Source of the DNA: Nemertoderma westbladi
Lineage: Eukaryota > Animalia > Xenacoelomorpha
Length of the DNA stretch: 64,000 bases
Direction: 5' to 3'
Assembly: GCA_032718475.1 (NCBI GenBank)
Contig: JAUCBJ010002639.1
Coordinates: 1 to 64,000, forward strand
A program made the translations under genes and the position numbers. Below, in pieces: positions 35,955-46,075 of this stretch. The notes beneath the pieces were generated by a model. That model had not been told where the DNA came from and ran no database searches. It worked only from the letters and a program-made list of their open reading frames with translations. How positions within the stretch are numbered: position 1 is the first letter of the stretch; every line of letters begins with the position of its first letter.

Positions 35955-36644
35955 TGTGAGTGAAATTTATTGTTGTTGTTGCTGTTTGGTGGTGGAGATT
36001 TTTACTAAAATATATATATATATATATATTAAATTGGTTGGAAAAAAATTATGAATATTTTTTTAAAATCAACAACTAGTTTGAGAGGAAATTAACTTCG
36101 GTAGAGCGATTGTTGCTTGTAACACTCAAGTAGGCATAGTATACTCAGAGGCTGTAGCTAGCTAGCTAGCTAACTCGGCATTGTTGCTCACGAGTGAGTT
36201 ACAATAGCGCATCTGTTACTTATGAGTGTGCGAGAGTGCGGTAGGCAACGCTAAGCTCGGTGAGAAAAGATTAGGGCTATGTGCTGGTATTCATAGTCAA
36301 AGACGATGCCCTCCTATCTGTTACTAGTCTGTATACCGGTACATATCATTAAAACATTGGCTATGCATCTCCCTACATTCAGAATAGAACAACAACCAGA
36401 GCATATATCGCTAATCCGCATGGGAAAGGTTTATGTTATGCATTTTGTTAACTATGAGAATTTTGTAATGTACACATCTGCGACCCTCTACAAAAATATA
36501 TATAAACTCAATTTTTCTGACAGTGAACTATAATTTTGTTAAACAAAAGAAGAAAAAAATATCAGTAGGCCTACCTATTCAATTTAAAGATACTCTTTCC
36601 GGTACCTAGTTACGACGACAACGACAACTTACCTCAATACGAAC

Positions 36645-37067
36645 ATGACATTTGCCTTTTTCAATAACCGTGAGTTGACGAGTTGTATCAAAATCGAATT
36701 GCAATCAAGCGACGAAACATATCTCGCAGCATCCAATATTGCTGAGATGGAGTTGCGATATATAAACAAAAAATTTGAGATTGGGTTTACTTCGATGGAA
36801 TATGGAGTAGGTCAAGTAGGTGGTCTACCTTTATCGCCTACAACGCTTGAAATTTCAAAAGATTTCTCGCTTGTTATAAAGATACAACCATCGCGAATAT
36901 CGGGAAGCTCACCCTCTAGCGAAAATTGGGAGAATGATGTTGATGACTCGCTTCACTTCAATATACCAACACAAAGACCGGTAGAAGTTAGCCGGCCTAT
37001 AAACAACCATTTACAGGTACCGGCAATGGAGGAAACTCTACAGAGGGACCCGCATATAGGACTATAA
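36645..37067 (+). CDS. Polinton hypothetical protein (140 aa)
   Basis: Open ORF with aacATG context, followed by AATAAA. Confidence 0.55.
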   Translation: MTFAFFNNRELTSCIKIELQSSDETYLAASNIAEMELRYINKKFEIGFTSMEYGVGQVGGLPLSPTTLEISKDFSLVIKIQPSRISGSSPSSENWENDVDDSLHFNIPTQRPVEVSRPINNHLQVPAMEETLQRDPHIGL

Positions 37068-37906
37068 AAGGTATAGCCTAATACAGTAATAAATTTAGGG
37101 TTGTTGTTATTGTTATTGTTATTGTTAGGCCTATCAGTTATTGTTGCTTATAAAACTTAGTAGACCGAATCTATTTTATATATAATTAAAAAAAAAGCGA
37201 ATACATAAATAAATTAACTATGTTTTATATAGTCCCACCGTCAACATAGAGTGAATGTTAGTAACAGAGAATGGGGTGGATTTTATATAGGCTTAGTTAG
37301 GTATACCGAGAGCCACACCTATTGTATCCGTGTGGAGTCATTATATGACTGGTTGAATGATGGCGCTCAAGAGTGAATGTAGAAAGTTAGTAACAGAGAG
37401 TGTGAGGGGGATTTTATAGGACCTATAGCCCTACCGGTACCTAACCACACCTATTGTATCAATGAGCTAGTCAACTTTCAGTTGAGGAGTAGTCCTTAGG
37501 CCTATATGCCTAACCGAATGTAAGTGTACCTTACCTATCCACGAGTACTAAAGGTTAACCATAAACCATATTTGGTCAACATTCGAAAAAGGGCCCCGCA
37601 TAAAGTTAACTATAGCTGTATAGGCTTACCTATACGACAGTAGTAGCCCACCCGCCCGCAGTAATGTAGATTAGACCGATTAGACCAATTAAAGTTGTAA
37701 ACAGAAAATAAAGTCGGCTAGCTACTGGTAGTTAAACTCTGATACTGGTAGGTGTGGTGTGTTTGTGAGTGTAAACAGCGATATAAAAAAAAAGATTTTA
37801 ATGTTTTTATTATTTTTTATTGACATTAAAACAAATATATTATCCCATCACATTACAAGCTTAGAGTAAACCTACTGTAAGAGTACATCTTCCACCGCTG
37901 TTAAAC

Positions 37907-38512
37907 CTACAGTATGAGTACATCTTCCACCACGGTTATTTCTTTCTGTTTATCATCATCATCAGTCGCAGTTAAACGCTTTCTCATGAAAAAATGTAGC
38001 GCCTCATACCCCCCAACGCGTTTTGCTGAGCAGTATCGCAGACAGTTATCCTTTGTGTTTAAGTGGAACGCACATTTATTTTCTACTGTAGTGAATCGGT
38101 TGTGAAACCGACATGGCGTTAAATAATCGTGATACTGCTTATATATTCCCAATCTCTCCACCGAATTTGGCGCGAGAACATCGAGTTGGGAAACTAATAT
38201 TGCCCGCTTCAGCAACCCAAATACATGAATGTTTTTTTTATATTTTAAATGGCTCTTCATATATTTTTTAAACTCATCTTGGGAAATGTCACCGTAGTCC
38301 CAGGGCAAGTGAGAAGTCATATCCCGTAAATTGTTTACGTGGGCTACATCTAAAGCTGATAACTTAATATTAGACGGGCCTTTAATTAAAAACGTCTTTA
38401 TATTAGTTTTGGTGTAATTAGAATCGAATATAGCAAATTCTTTAAATACTACCGGATACTCTTTATTGTCTATCTTATAATATTGAAAATCAACAAAAAT
38501 AATATTATCCAT
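37907..38512 (-). CDS. DEDD 3'-5' exonuclease-like Polinton protein
   Basis: IIFVDFQ...VFKEFAI, HLPWDYGD, C-terminal Cys/His cluster (C.FH...YCS). Confidence 0.6.
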   Translation of the reverse strand: MDNIIFVDFQYYKIDNKEYPVVFKEFAIFDSNYTKTNIKTFLIKGPSNIKLSALDVAHVNNLRDMTSHLPWDYGDISQDEFKKYMKSHLKYKKNIHVFGLLKRAILVSQLDVLAPNSVERLGIYKQYHDYLTPCRFHNRFTTVENKCAFHLNTKDNCLRYCSAKRVGGYEALHFFMRKRLTATDDDDKQKEITVVEDVLIL

Positions 38513-38547
38513 TTTATCTGATAAACAAAAGCAAGCTAAATGATTAA

Positions 38548-39003
38548 TTACAACGCTTGTTGGTTTATTTTATAATAATTAACAAGCCATTTATATAATA
38601 TTATTTCATTTATTTCCACATTATTTGTAAACGCTCTCATTGGATAGATTGTGTGAATACGATTTACCAAATAATACAGACAGTACACACCGCATGTGGT
38701 CCTCCTAGGGTCTTGAAATTGTTTGCGAGTAGTACGCCACCTTGCGGAATTTTTCTCAAGCCATTTTTCGATGCATCTGTTTGGATATTTTGGTCCAAAC
38801 GAGTCAAATAATTCAGCCTCATTATCTCGTATATATATTGCGATCCAATGAATCCCAGGCAGATGCTCTTTATCGGTATTTACTATTAAGCCATAGTCTC
38901 TTCGCTTATTATTATTATCTAATTTAGGTAATTTATTAGCTGGAAACGCACCCAAATAGTGACCACCCACTGGAAACATATCAAGGTCCTCTGTAGATAA
39001 CAT
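38548..39003 (-). CDS. Adenain-like cysteine (maturation) protease
   Basis: IVNTD..PGIHWIA, FDSFG, QDP..TCGVYC: His-Asp-Gln-Cys residues. Confidence 0.95.
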   Translation of the reverse strand: MLSTEDLDMFPVGGHYLGAFPANKLPKLDNNNKRRDYGLIVNTDKEHLPGIHWIAIYIRDNEAELFDSFGPKYPNRCIEKWLEKNSARWRTTRKQFQDPRRTTCGVYCLYYLVNRIHTIYPMRAFTNNVEINEIILYKWLVNYYKINQQAL

Positions 39004-39005
39004 AC

Positions 39006-40265
39006 TTAATCGATATGTATTTCTTTCCTGCTATTTAAACTTAATGATTGATCATAAATATTAAAAACGATTACATTTATGGTTTCAACCAACGGTTCAG
39101 CAAATCTTAATTTTAATTGGCCATTAGTATATATCGACGGTTGCGGATCTCTAACATAGCCGTCGGCGGTTAAGTCCCAGGATAGGATGGGGCAATTACC
39201 TAAGTAGGTTTCATGGTCTATATTATTACCTCCATAACCGTTAATATATGTATTAATATTCTTCATTAATTGAGTATACTCAAAAATATATGTTCCATCT
39301 GTAAAATTAGGCTCGTATATTACACCACCTACTGGAAGACTGTCTACAATCAGTTCCGCACGTCTAAGGTTAAAATGTTCAAATTTCAAGGGAATGCTAA
39401 TTAATTCTCCCGAATAAGCGTTATTTGTTATGAAGCCAATAATAACTAATTTGGGTTTTTTACCATCAAATATGTTTGTTTGGGTGTAATTTGTGGTTTG
39501 AGCGGGAATAGTAAATGTTGTCACCTCCTTTTTTTGAAATTGATATTCAATATCGTAACTCTCTAAACCTTTTAGGTGACTGCTTTCTATTACAGGATTA
39601 ACCTCCATTCTAGGGATTAGAATCTTTATTTCATCTAATTCTAGTCGAAGATTTGTCACTGCGTTTGCGTTTGGAGTGATTTTAAAAATAAACGAATTTG
39701 ATACTTTTCTAAAATGCATTCTTAAATCATACCCGGGTTGTATTATTTTAGTTTCAGTATCAAAATCAATCGTCAATCCACTTACAAATTGCATTTGTTT
39801 ACTAAAGGCATCGTCAATAGGATGCGCGCCGGGATCAATTTCATTTCCGTGCTCAGATAAAGGTTGATGAAAGCCACCCGCACCCAGTAGCCCATTTTTA
39901 TCCTCGTAAGTTGTAAATAATAAATTGGATAAGTACGACTTGTAGAAATAATGGTTATTGCTATTTTCAACCTGCTTCTCATTAAGGTCTATTTTAATAT
40001 CACTCCACATAGTTTCAGCGGGGTAATTCAGCATATATATATGGGAGTTTTCAAGTCGTCTATCCCATCGTACAGTACATTTTGTAATTAATAACGCATC
40101 TTGTAGTTTCGTATAGAATTCATTGGATCTCGGTACAAGGAACGTGACCTCCCTAGATTCACTTCTGAGATTAGATACGGGGTAAATTGTTTCATAATGC
40201 TTTGCTTTAAATTCAGTCTGTATTGGCTGTGTAGAAAATAAATCTAATTCCTTAATAATTGACAT
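39006..40265 (-). CDS. Major capsid protein (double jelly-roll, hexon-like), 419 aa
   Basis: ELDLF..P.QT N-terminus, NIFDGKKPKLVIIGF..AYSG..P..F.HF, WDLT, L.L.FAEPL; sits next to the protease. Confidence 0.92.
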   Translation of the reverse strand: MSIIKELDLFSTQPIQTEFKAKHYETIYPVSNLRSESREVTFLVPRSNEFYTKLQDALLITKCTVRWDRRLENSHIYMLNYPAETMWSDIKIDLNEKQVENSNNHYFYKSYLSNLLFTTYEDKNGLLGAGGFHQPLSEHGNEIDPGAHPIDDAFSKQMQFVSGLTIDFDTETKIIQPGYDLRMHFRKVSNSFIFKITPNANAVTNLRLELDEIKILIPRMEVNPVIESSHLKGLESYDIEYQFQKKEVTTFTIPAQTTNYTQTNIFDGKKPKLVIIGFITNNAYSGELISIPLKFEHFNLRRAELIVDSLPVGGVIYEPNFTDGTYIFEYTQLMKNINTYINGYGGNNIDHETYLGNCPILSWDLTADGYVRDPQPSIYTNGQLKLRFAEPLVETINVIVFNIYDQSLSLNSRKEIHID

Positions 40266-40267
40266 TA

Positions 40268-40828
40268 TTAAAAAATACTTTTTTCGCAGTGTTTCAATTT
40301 GCCTTTTATATTTCTCTTTTTACTACGTCGATGATGTATGTTCATAGACATTGGTCTAGTGGGTCGCTTTAAATCTCTATAAACTTTTTCTACAACTGAC
40401 CTTGTTGACGGTTTCATTTTATTTAATGCTTTATTAATAACCGTATTAGCCTGCTGATGTAAGACCCGCTTACCTTTTGGTATTACGTGTTGTCTCATAA
40501 ATTTTGTGGTAAATGGTAAAGCTTTCTGTAAAACTTTTTTAGCTAATGGCTTACCAAATTTTTTCAATGTCGATAAAGCGTCTGTAAATATACCTTCTCC
40601 GTGTTGATTTGCCCGCATACCTCTACGATAACGCTGAAAACGACGTTGTTTTAAGTTTGTACCAAATGTGCCAATTTGTTGACCGTAAGGGTCAATATAT
40701 GAACCTCCTCGAAAAACAGGAACTTGCGTCGACCCTCTGGTACTTCTTCCACCTTTAAAAACAGCAAGATTCGAGTCTGCACCACCATATTGAGGTTTAC
40801 TGTATCTTTGAAATAAATCAGAATCCAT
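40268..40828 (-). CDS. Basic core/membrane-penetration protein with putative protease sites
   Basis: QYGG, FKGG, FRGG and QHGEG followed by amphipathic helix IFTDALSTLKKFGKPLAKKVL; Arg/Lys-rich tail ending in IF. Confidence 0.75.
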   Translation of the reverse strand: MDSDLFQRYSKPQYGGADSNLAVFKGGRSTRGSTQVPVFRGGSYIDPYGQQIGTFGTNLKQRRFQRYRRGMRANQHGEGIFTDALSTLKKFGKPLAKKVLQKALPFTTKFMRQHVIPKGKRVLHQQANTVINKALNKMKPSTRSVVEKVYRDLKRPTRPMSMNIHHRRSKKRNIKGKLKHCEKSIF

Positions 40829-40829
40829 T

Positions 40830-41693
40830 TTAATTTATTCGTTTAAAGCGTTTAAAGTGTAATGTAATAGATGTTGTCCCGTATTCAAAATTCAAATCTT
40901 TTCCTTCTTTGTCTGTTATTTCAATATGAATGTATGTTATCTTATATGATTTTTTTACAGGGATATAATGAATTGTATCCTTGACAAATTCTTTATTTAT
41001 TACGCTACCATATTTCACGTCATCAGGTATCGCAACACGACGAAGTAAAGCTAAACCAAAGTCATTAATATATTGATTTTCAATTATATTAGTGGTCACG
41101 TACATGTTCGACTTAGGTTCTGGAATAGAATTGGGTGGTTGAGGGCATAAAAATACCATCTGGTAAGCTTTTTCTCCATTTCCGATAACCTTTATTAAAT
41201 AACCCTTTATGTTATTTTTCGTCTTCAAAATAATTTTAAAATTTGGATTTAAATTCGCGCCGAGATTATTTTCAGTAATTCCAAAATAATAGGCTAATTG
41301 TTGACCTATAAATAACTCTCGCACAGTTTTCCCTAAAATAAATTGCAGCCTATTTTGCTGAGTATTTTCAACTATTTGTAATTTATCTTTCAACGCCCCT
41401 GTGTTAAAATAATCTATAATGTCATTGATACTGTAGAACAAACCGGATGGAAGTGTATCCTCAAAATTTTTTTTTCCTTTTTTTAATAAAATAACATTCT
41501 CTACATTGTTATACATGGACGGCAACGTTGCTAAGTAAAATATACTTTTTATACCTACCACCCAGTTTTCGTTTGGGTTTATAGGTAAGGCGCCATGGAA
41601 ATTGATCTGATAATTACTAGCGCTATTGCGGGGAAAATCAATTGGACAGGAGTTACTTGGTAGTCTTACGTAGAATTCATCCATCACTGCCAC
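40830..41693 (-). CDS. Minor capsid protein (penton), copy A
   Basis: FYVRLPSNS...FP.N....Y, W.VG, MYVTTNIIE.Q....LLR, YIPV, I.I.ITD..G....F..G....LHFKR. Confidence 0.9.
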   Translation of the reverse strand: MAVMDEFYVRLPSNSCPIDFPRNSASNYQINFHGALPINPNENWVVGIKSIFYLATLPSMYNNVENVILLKKGKKNFEDTLPSGLFYSINDIIDYFNTGALKDKLQIVENTQQNRLQFILGKTVRELFIGQQLAYYFGITENNLGANLNPNFKIILKTKNNIKGYLIKVIGNGEKAYQMVFLCPQPPNSIPEPKSNMYVTTNIIENQYINDFGLALLRRVAIPDDVKYGSVINKEFVKDTIHYIPVKKSYKITYIHIEITDKEGKDLNFEYGTTSITLHFKRFKRIN

Positions 41694-42549
41694 CCCATAT
41701 TAACTTAAGTGTTATAACAGTGCGACCTCCGCTGAAGTTAATTAATTCGCCTTGTCCGTCACGTAAAGTAATTAAGATTGTTTTTAGTTTTTTATTCAAC
41801 AACGGGTAATAGCAAATGCTCTCGTATTCGTGATTAATATATTTTCGATTTAATTGCGTTAAAGGGCAGGTTCTTAAGAGCGGAGCTAAAGCGTCACCAA
41901 CAAATGAGCTCTTAATAATATCTGTATATATAAAGATAGTGTCTTTATTACGTGTTATATTCGTGGGAGCTGGAAAATCTAAAATGCCAATTTCCGAAAT
42001 TTTTGGTCCGCTATAATTTAAAATTAATATCGGCTGTTCTATATTGCTTAATTCATCTACTGTAGTGGTACTGTATATATCCCAATTCGGAATATCCGGA
42101 TGATTCCGATCCAATAACGGTTTTAAGCCTAGAATTTGTATTAAATCACCACATAGACTTAATTGTATTTTTTTCAACTTTTTAGGAAATTTAAATTTAA
42201 TTCTAGAATTATTTGTATTAAAAATGAATTCGAAATCTCTATATTTCGCTTCAGAATTAAACAGTTTATTTATATCATCAATAATGACTTGAATAGAGTT
42301 ATGCATACCAGGAAATAAACTATATAATTTGGCATCTTTTGCATCTACCCCGATTGACAGTGAGATTTGAGTTTGCAGCGTAATATTACTGTATGTTGCT
42401 TGGTATTGAAGCTCGGCAAGCCCAATTTTAGCGTTTGGACCAATATATAATTCTTCGGCTAAATCAACAGTAAACTCGCTAGGATTATTATTGGGGTAAG
42501 TGTTTAATGAGCTATCTGAAAGTAGAGTGATATATGTATCTGTGGCCAT
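41677..42549 (-). CDS. Minor capsid protein (penton), copy B
   Basis: YITLLSDSS...YPNN....F.V.L, IGLAELQY, FIYTDII....VGD..APLLR, Y.PL, I.I.LRD.QG..I.F.GG. Confidence 0.9.
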   Translation of the reverse strand: MATDTYITLLSDSSLNTYPNNNPSEFTVDLAEELYIGPNAKIGLAELQYQATYSNITLQTQISLSIGVDAKDAKLYSLFPGMHNSIQVIIDDINKLFNSEAKYRDFEFIFNTNNSRIKFKFPKKLKKIQLSLCGDLIQILGLKPLLDRNHPDIPNWDIYSTTTVDELSNIEQPILILNYSGPKISEIGILDFPAPTNITRNKDTIFIYTDIIKSSFVGDALAPLLRTCPLTQLNRKYINHEYESICYYPLLNKKLKTILITLRDGQGELINFSGGRTVITLKLIWGGSDG

Positions 42550-42810
42550 TATTATTATTATTATTTAAGCTCTCTCTCTCTCTACTTGACTCCATTGTAC
42601 ATACAGTACAGTATAATGTTAAATTATAGACATCTGTGACCACGTTCATTGTCGTGCATCTTCTACAGTATATGTGCGGGATCAATATTTTATTGGCTTT
42701 ATTTAAAACGGATGAACTATAGATATAGTAATATCATTCGAGTTAATATTGATTGATTAATTACGGTCATATGCGACCAAAATGAATTAATATACAGTAT
42801 AAACCTAAGC

Positions 42811-43899
42811 TTATTGAATATGCTGTACCCACGACTGTTTCTTGGATCCGATGAATCGGACTAAATATTCTTTCTTTCCATTGCGTACACGTTCTTTAAG
42901 TTTGCCAATATTTTTATCAATTGCTAGATAAATATTACTATTCGGGTGGACCTTTTGGAGTTCGTGAGAATAAAATGAGCCCTTTATTATAGCTCCAGCG
43001 CTGTCCTTAATATCGAACATTACAGCAGGTACTCTATCCAACCTGACACGATGAATAATAAATAATTCACGTGTCCATTGTTCACGATAGCCTTTAGCAA
43101 AAGCAGTACGAGCGATAGATAATCGTACTGTATCTCCAACTTTAAATTTTATTTTCTTATGATTAATCTGTCTATATTTCCCATATAATCTATTCATTAA
43201 TTCAGTTTCATTAAATTTATTAACTTCAATAGGTGTCATTTTTATTGTCCTATGATATGACCTATTATAAGCCGAGATAAGCTTAGGTAAAATTTTAATC
43301 CAAACATTATTTCCTCGTTGTGTAAAAATTTTGAACATCTTTGTTTTTAATGTTCTATTGAATCTCTCGACAATAGCCGCCTTATTCACAGAATACATTA
43401 CGTAATACTGTATACCTAACGTATCTAAATATTTTCTTACAGATTTATTTAGAAACTCAGACCCTTGATCAGTCGCGATTCTGTTTGGTTTTCCTTTCTG
43501 GAATATTTTTTGCAATATACTAATAATTTCAACACCCTTTTTTGTTTTCATACCATAGCCAAAAGCAAGCCTGCTAAAGGCATCAATACATGTTAATATA
43601 TAGTTATAATTATTATTTTGCGACTTATATTGCTGCATATCCACCAAATCTATCATATATATATCTTTTATGCCTCCCGTAAATATTTTAGATGTTGGAT
43701 AATGATGTCTACGTGGAGCGTGAAGGGTGTATGTCTTTTGCCCGCTCAACCATTTCTTGGCTTGGGCTGGTTTTATGTTTGCCGCTTTTGCTAATTTTGC
43801 AACACTTGCAAAACCCGCGGGGGATGATGGATCTAAATAAATTCTTAACAGTTTTTTGTCTAAGCTTCGGCTTAAAATCGGTTTCATCTTGCGAGGCAT
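42811..43899 (-). CDS. Retroviral-type (rve) integrase with short chromodomain-like tail
   Basis: DLVDM, IDAFSR, TDQGSEF, VERFNRTLK, YN..YHRTIKMTP, FKVGD.VR, F.KGY...W, G.FY..ELQ, EYLVRF.G. Confidence 0.97.
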   Translation of the reverse strand: MPRKMKPILSRSLDKKLLRIYLDPSSPAGFASVAKLAKAANIKPAQAKKWLSGQKTYTLHAPRRHHYPTSKIFTGGIKDIYMIDLVDMQQYKSQNNNYNYILTCIDAFSRLAFGYGMKTKKGVEIISILQKIFQKGKPNRIATDQGSEFLNKSVRKYLDTLGIQYYVMYSVNKAAIVERFNRTLKTKMFKIFTQRGNNVWIKILPKLISAYNRSYHRTIKMTPIEVNKFNETELMNRLYGKYRQINHKKIKFKVGDTVRLSIARTAFAKGYREQWTRELFIIHRVRLDRVPAVMFDIKDSAGAIIKGSFYSHELQKVHPNSNIYLAIDKNIGKLKERVRNGKKEYLVRFIGSKKQSWVQHIQ

Positions 43900-44123
43900 C
43901 TTTTCGACAACCGCAAGTAATATGTATATTCAAATCTCTTATAAAGGGCATCACCGTAAGAACAACTGAAATTTTTTAATTATTTTCTTTGAAGTTGATG
44001 TTTTGAAGGGTTTTCTTTTTGTAGTATTTACTCTAGGTATATCTTGTGGTTTTAAATCAGCAGCTAACGGTTTACTCGATACTAAATATAATTTTCTAAA
44101 TGTTACTCCTGTTTTAACCATTA

Positions 44124-44513
44124 TTACCGTCCACGGTTAATTTTTTTCGCAATAGCCGCTCCAGCGGCAGCGGCACCGGCACTTGCGGCAAGTTTCGCAC
44201 CAATGCCAAGTAAGGGTATTAGAAACGGTACCGGTAGTATGCCTCCAGATTGATTGCTTAACTTTTTTCTGTAACTTGATATATTTTTTGTTTTACGGTT
44301 GAGTGATTTCAATACCTTCTTATAGCGGCGAATATTTCTAAATGAATGAGGGGTCAATTGTACGTTACCTTTTAGAACATTTAATGCAGTATTTACAATG
44401 AGCCGTATTAATTCGTTACTCGCGGTATGGTTAATAAAATAAGTTCTTTGTTGAGGGGTAGCGCTGCGTAGAAATTCCAGTTTGTTACGATATTTCTGTA
44501 CAAGTCTATTCAT
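44124..44513 (-). CDS. Small basic Polinton structural protein
   Basis: LNVLKGNV.L..., QSGG followed by hydrophobic ILPVPFLIPLLG; usual position between ATPase and integrase. Confidence 0.8.
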   Translation of the reverse strand: MNRLVQKYRNKLEFLRSATPQQRTYFINHTASNELIRLIVNTALNVLKGNVQLTPHSFRNIRRYKKVLKSLNRKTKNISSYRKKLSNQSGGILPVPFLIPLLGIGAKLAASAGAAAAGAAIAKKINRGR

Positions 44514-44550
44514 TGTTGCAACATTATTGAAAATTGTTACAAAATATTAA

Positions 44551-45231
44551 TTATTTATCATTATTATTATTATTATTTTTGCTACGTTTATAGTCAATGT
44601 AATTTTTAATGTAACAATTATGATTACGAAATATATCCGATCTAAATCTTAAATGTTCGGGTGTTTCCTGTCGTAAATCAATTAAGAAATGTGAAAATGG
44701 TTGAATTGTCGCATCTTGATAGGAATCAACTAAAAATTTGGTCTGTCCTGGTAACATCTGCTTCGCGAAATTTAAAACCGATAGACTGTCTCTCGGATTT
44801 TTCATTAATACTAAAGTATGGTTATTAATTGATCTTGTGCGGTTATGCTTCCCACCGTAAAACATGTTTTGCGTTATAAAACAAATAAATATATTGGAAT
44901 GATGAGCTACCTTAGTAAACAATACAGTTAATGCTGTACTGGACTCAGTTTCTGTTAACAAATCATCTATAATTAATAAATCTCGACTATTCACTAAACT
45001 ATCTATATTTTCGGGCAAGCCTTTGTAAAGGTGAGTAATACCGGGAATAGTCGGGGGATTGCTCCCGTAACAATACAATACTCGCAAGGGGGCTTCGTTG
45101 AAACAACCATTCTTGTGTTTAATTAAATTGCTTACAAAGGTTGACTTTCCAGAACCAGATGGCCCAGAAATTATCATACTCGTTCCCATTTGAAAGTTTA
45201 AATTATATGGACCTGAATTAAAGTCAGCCAT
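44551..45231 (-). CDS. A32/FtsK-like DNA packaging ATPase
   Basis: Walker A GPSGSGKS, Walker B LLIIDD, FTK..HH.N, ITQN, R..S.N, KNPRD, IDL. Confidence 0.96.
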   Translation of the reverse strand: MADFNSGPYNLNFQMGTSMIISGPSGSGKSTFVSNLIKHKNGCFNEAPLRVLYCYGSNPPTIPGITHLYKGLPENIDSLVNSRDLLIIDDLLTETESSTALTVLFTKVAHHSNIFICFITQNMFYGGKHNRTRSINNHTLVLMKNPRDSLSVLNFAKQMLPGQTKFLVDSYQDATIQPFSHFLIDLRQETPEHLRFRSDIFRNHNCYIKNYIDYKRSKNNNNNNDK

Positions 45232-45453
45232 TTATTATTATTATTAAGATATATCAACAATACAATATAATATAATATAAATATAAATATCAATATCAAT
45301 AAACCATCACCATTACTATGTATATAACAATAATTGTTGCAACTACAATATTAGAGTACTGTATATTTAATTAACATATGACGCCTCTACAGTATGTGAC
45401 GCTCGCTGCAACAAAAGGTGCTATTTCCAATTATAGTATAGACTGATGTAATT

Positions 45454-45912
45454 TCAAGCATGGTGAGCATCTTTATACGCGAAATAATGATAGGTAACAT
45501 CAGCGGATTGGAAATCACTTCCCGAGAATTTCGCGCTAATGATTTTTTTATGTTCGCTGCTAAAAAAATAAGGAATATAGTAGCAACAGCGTCGTACTAC
45601 ATTTCTATAAAAAATATTCTCCAATATTGTAAATAAATCTCCCGGATCATTACTTTCTGCAGAAATATAAGTTATATTTCGAAGCTCTTTCCAATAATAG
45701 GGTTGATAACTTGCCAACTTTATATTAAACTTAGATATGGGTGCGCGACAAATAGGACAAATTTTAGAACAATAATTATTCATTTCGGAATATTGTACAA
45801 TACCGGTACATTGTACGCAAGTTGCATGTTTATTTTCACATTTATAATAATCTCGATGTTGTTGCAATAACTTAGAATAGCAAACTGGACATTTTTCATT
45901 CAAAATATCCAT
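45454..45912 (-). CDS. RING-finger (C3HC4) protein, putative E3 ligase
   Basis: CPVC...CENKHATCVQC...CPICR; ATG at 45912 (MDILNEK). Confidence 0.85.
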   Translation of the reverse strand: MDILNEKCPVCYSKLLQQHRDYYKCENKHATCVQCTGIVQYSEMNNYCSKICPICRAPISKFNIKLASYQPYYWKELRNITYISAESNDPGDLFTILENIFYRNVVRRCCYYIPYFFSSEHKKIISAKFSGSDFQSADVTYHYFAYKDAHHA

Positions 45913-46075
45913 TTTTCCAAATTTTAAAGTAAATTGAAAATAATTACCACAATACACAACAACAACAAACAAATCTGTTATACTGTATATACAATTACTA
46001 CTACAATTTTCGATTATTTAAGAACATCAAAATTTTATATATAATCATAAAATATTTATAATATAGAGGGAAAAG

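Noticed and set aside
36306-36533. 75-aa ORF in the Polinton
   Set aside because: Short, with no motif; cannot be supported as a gene.
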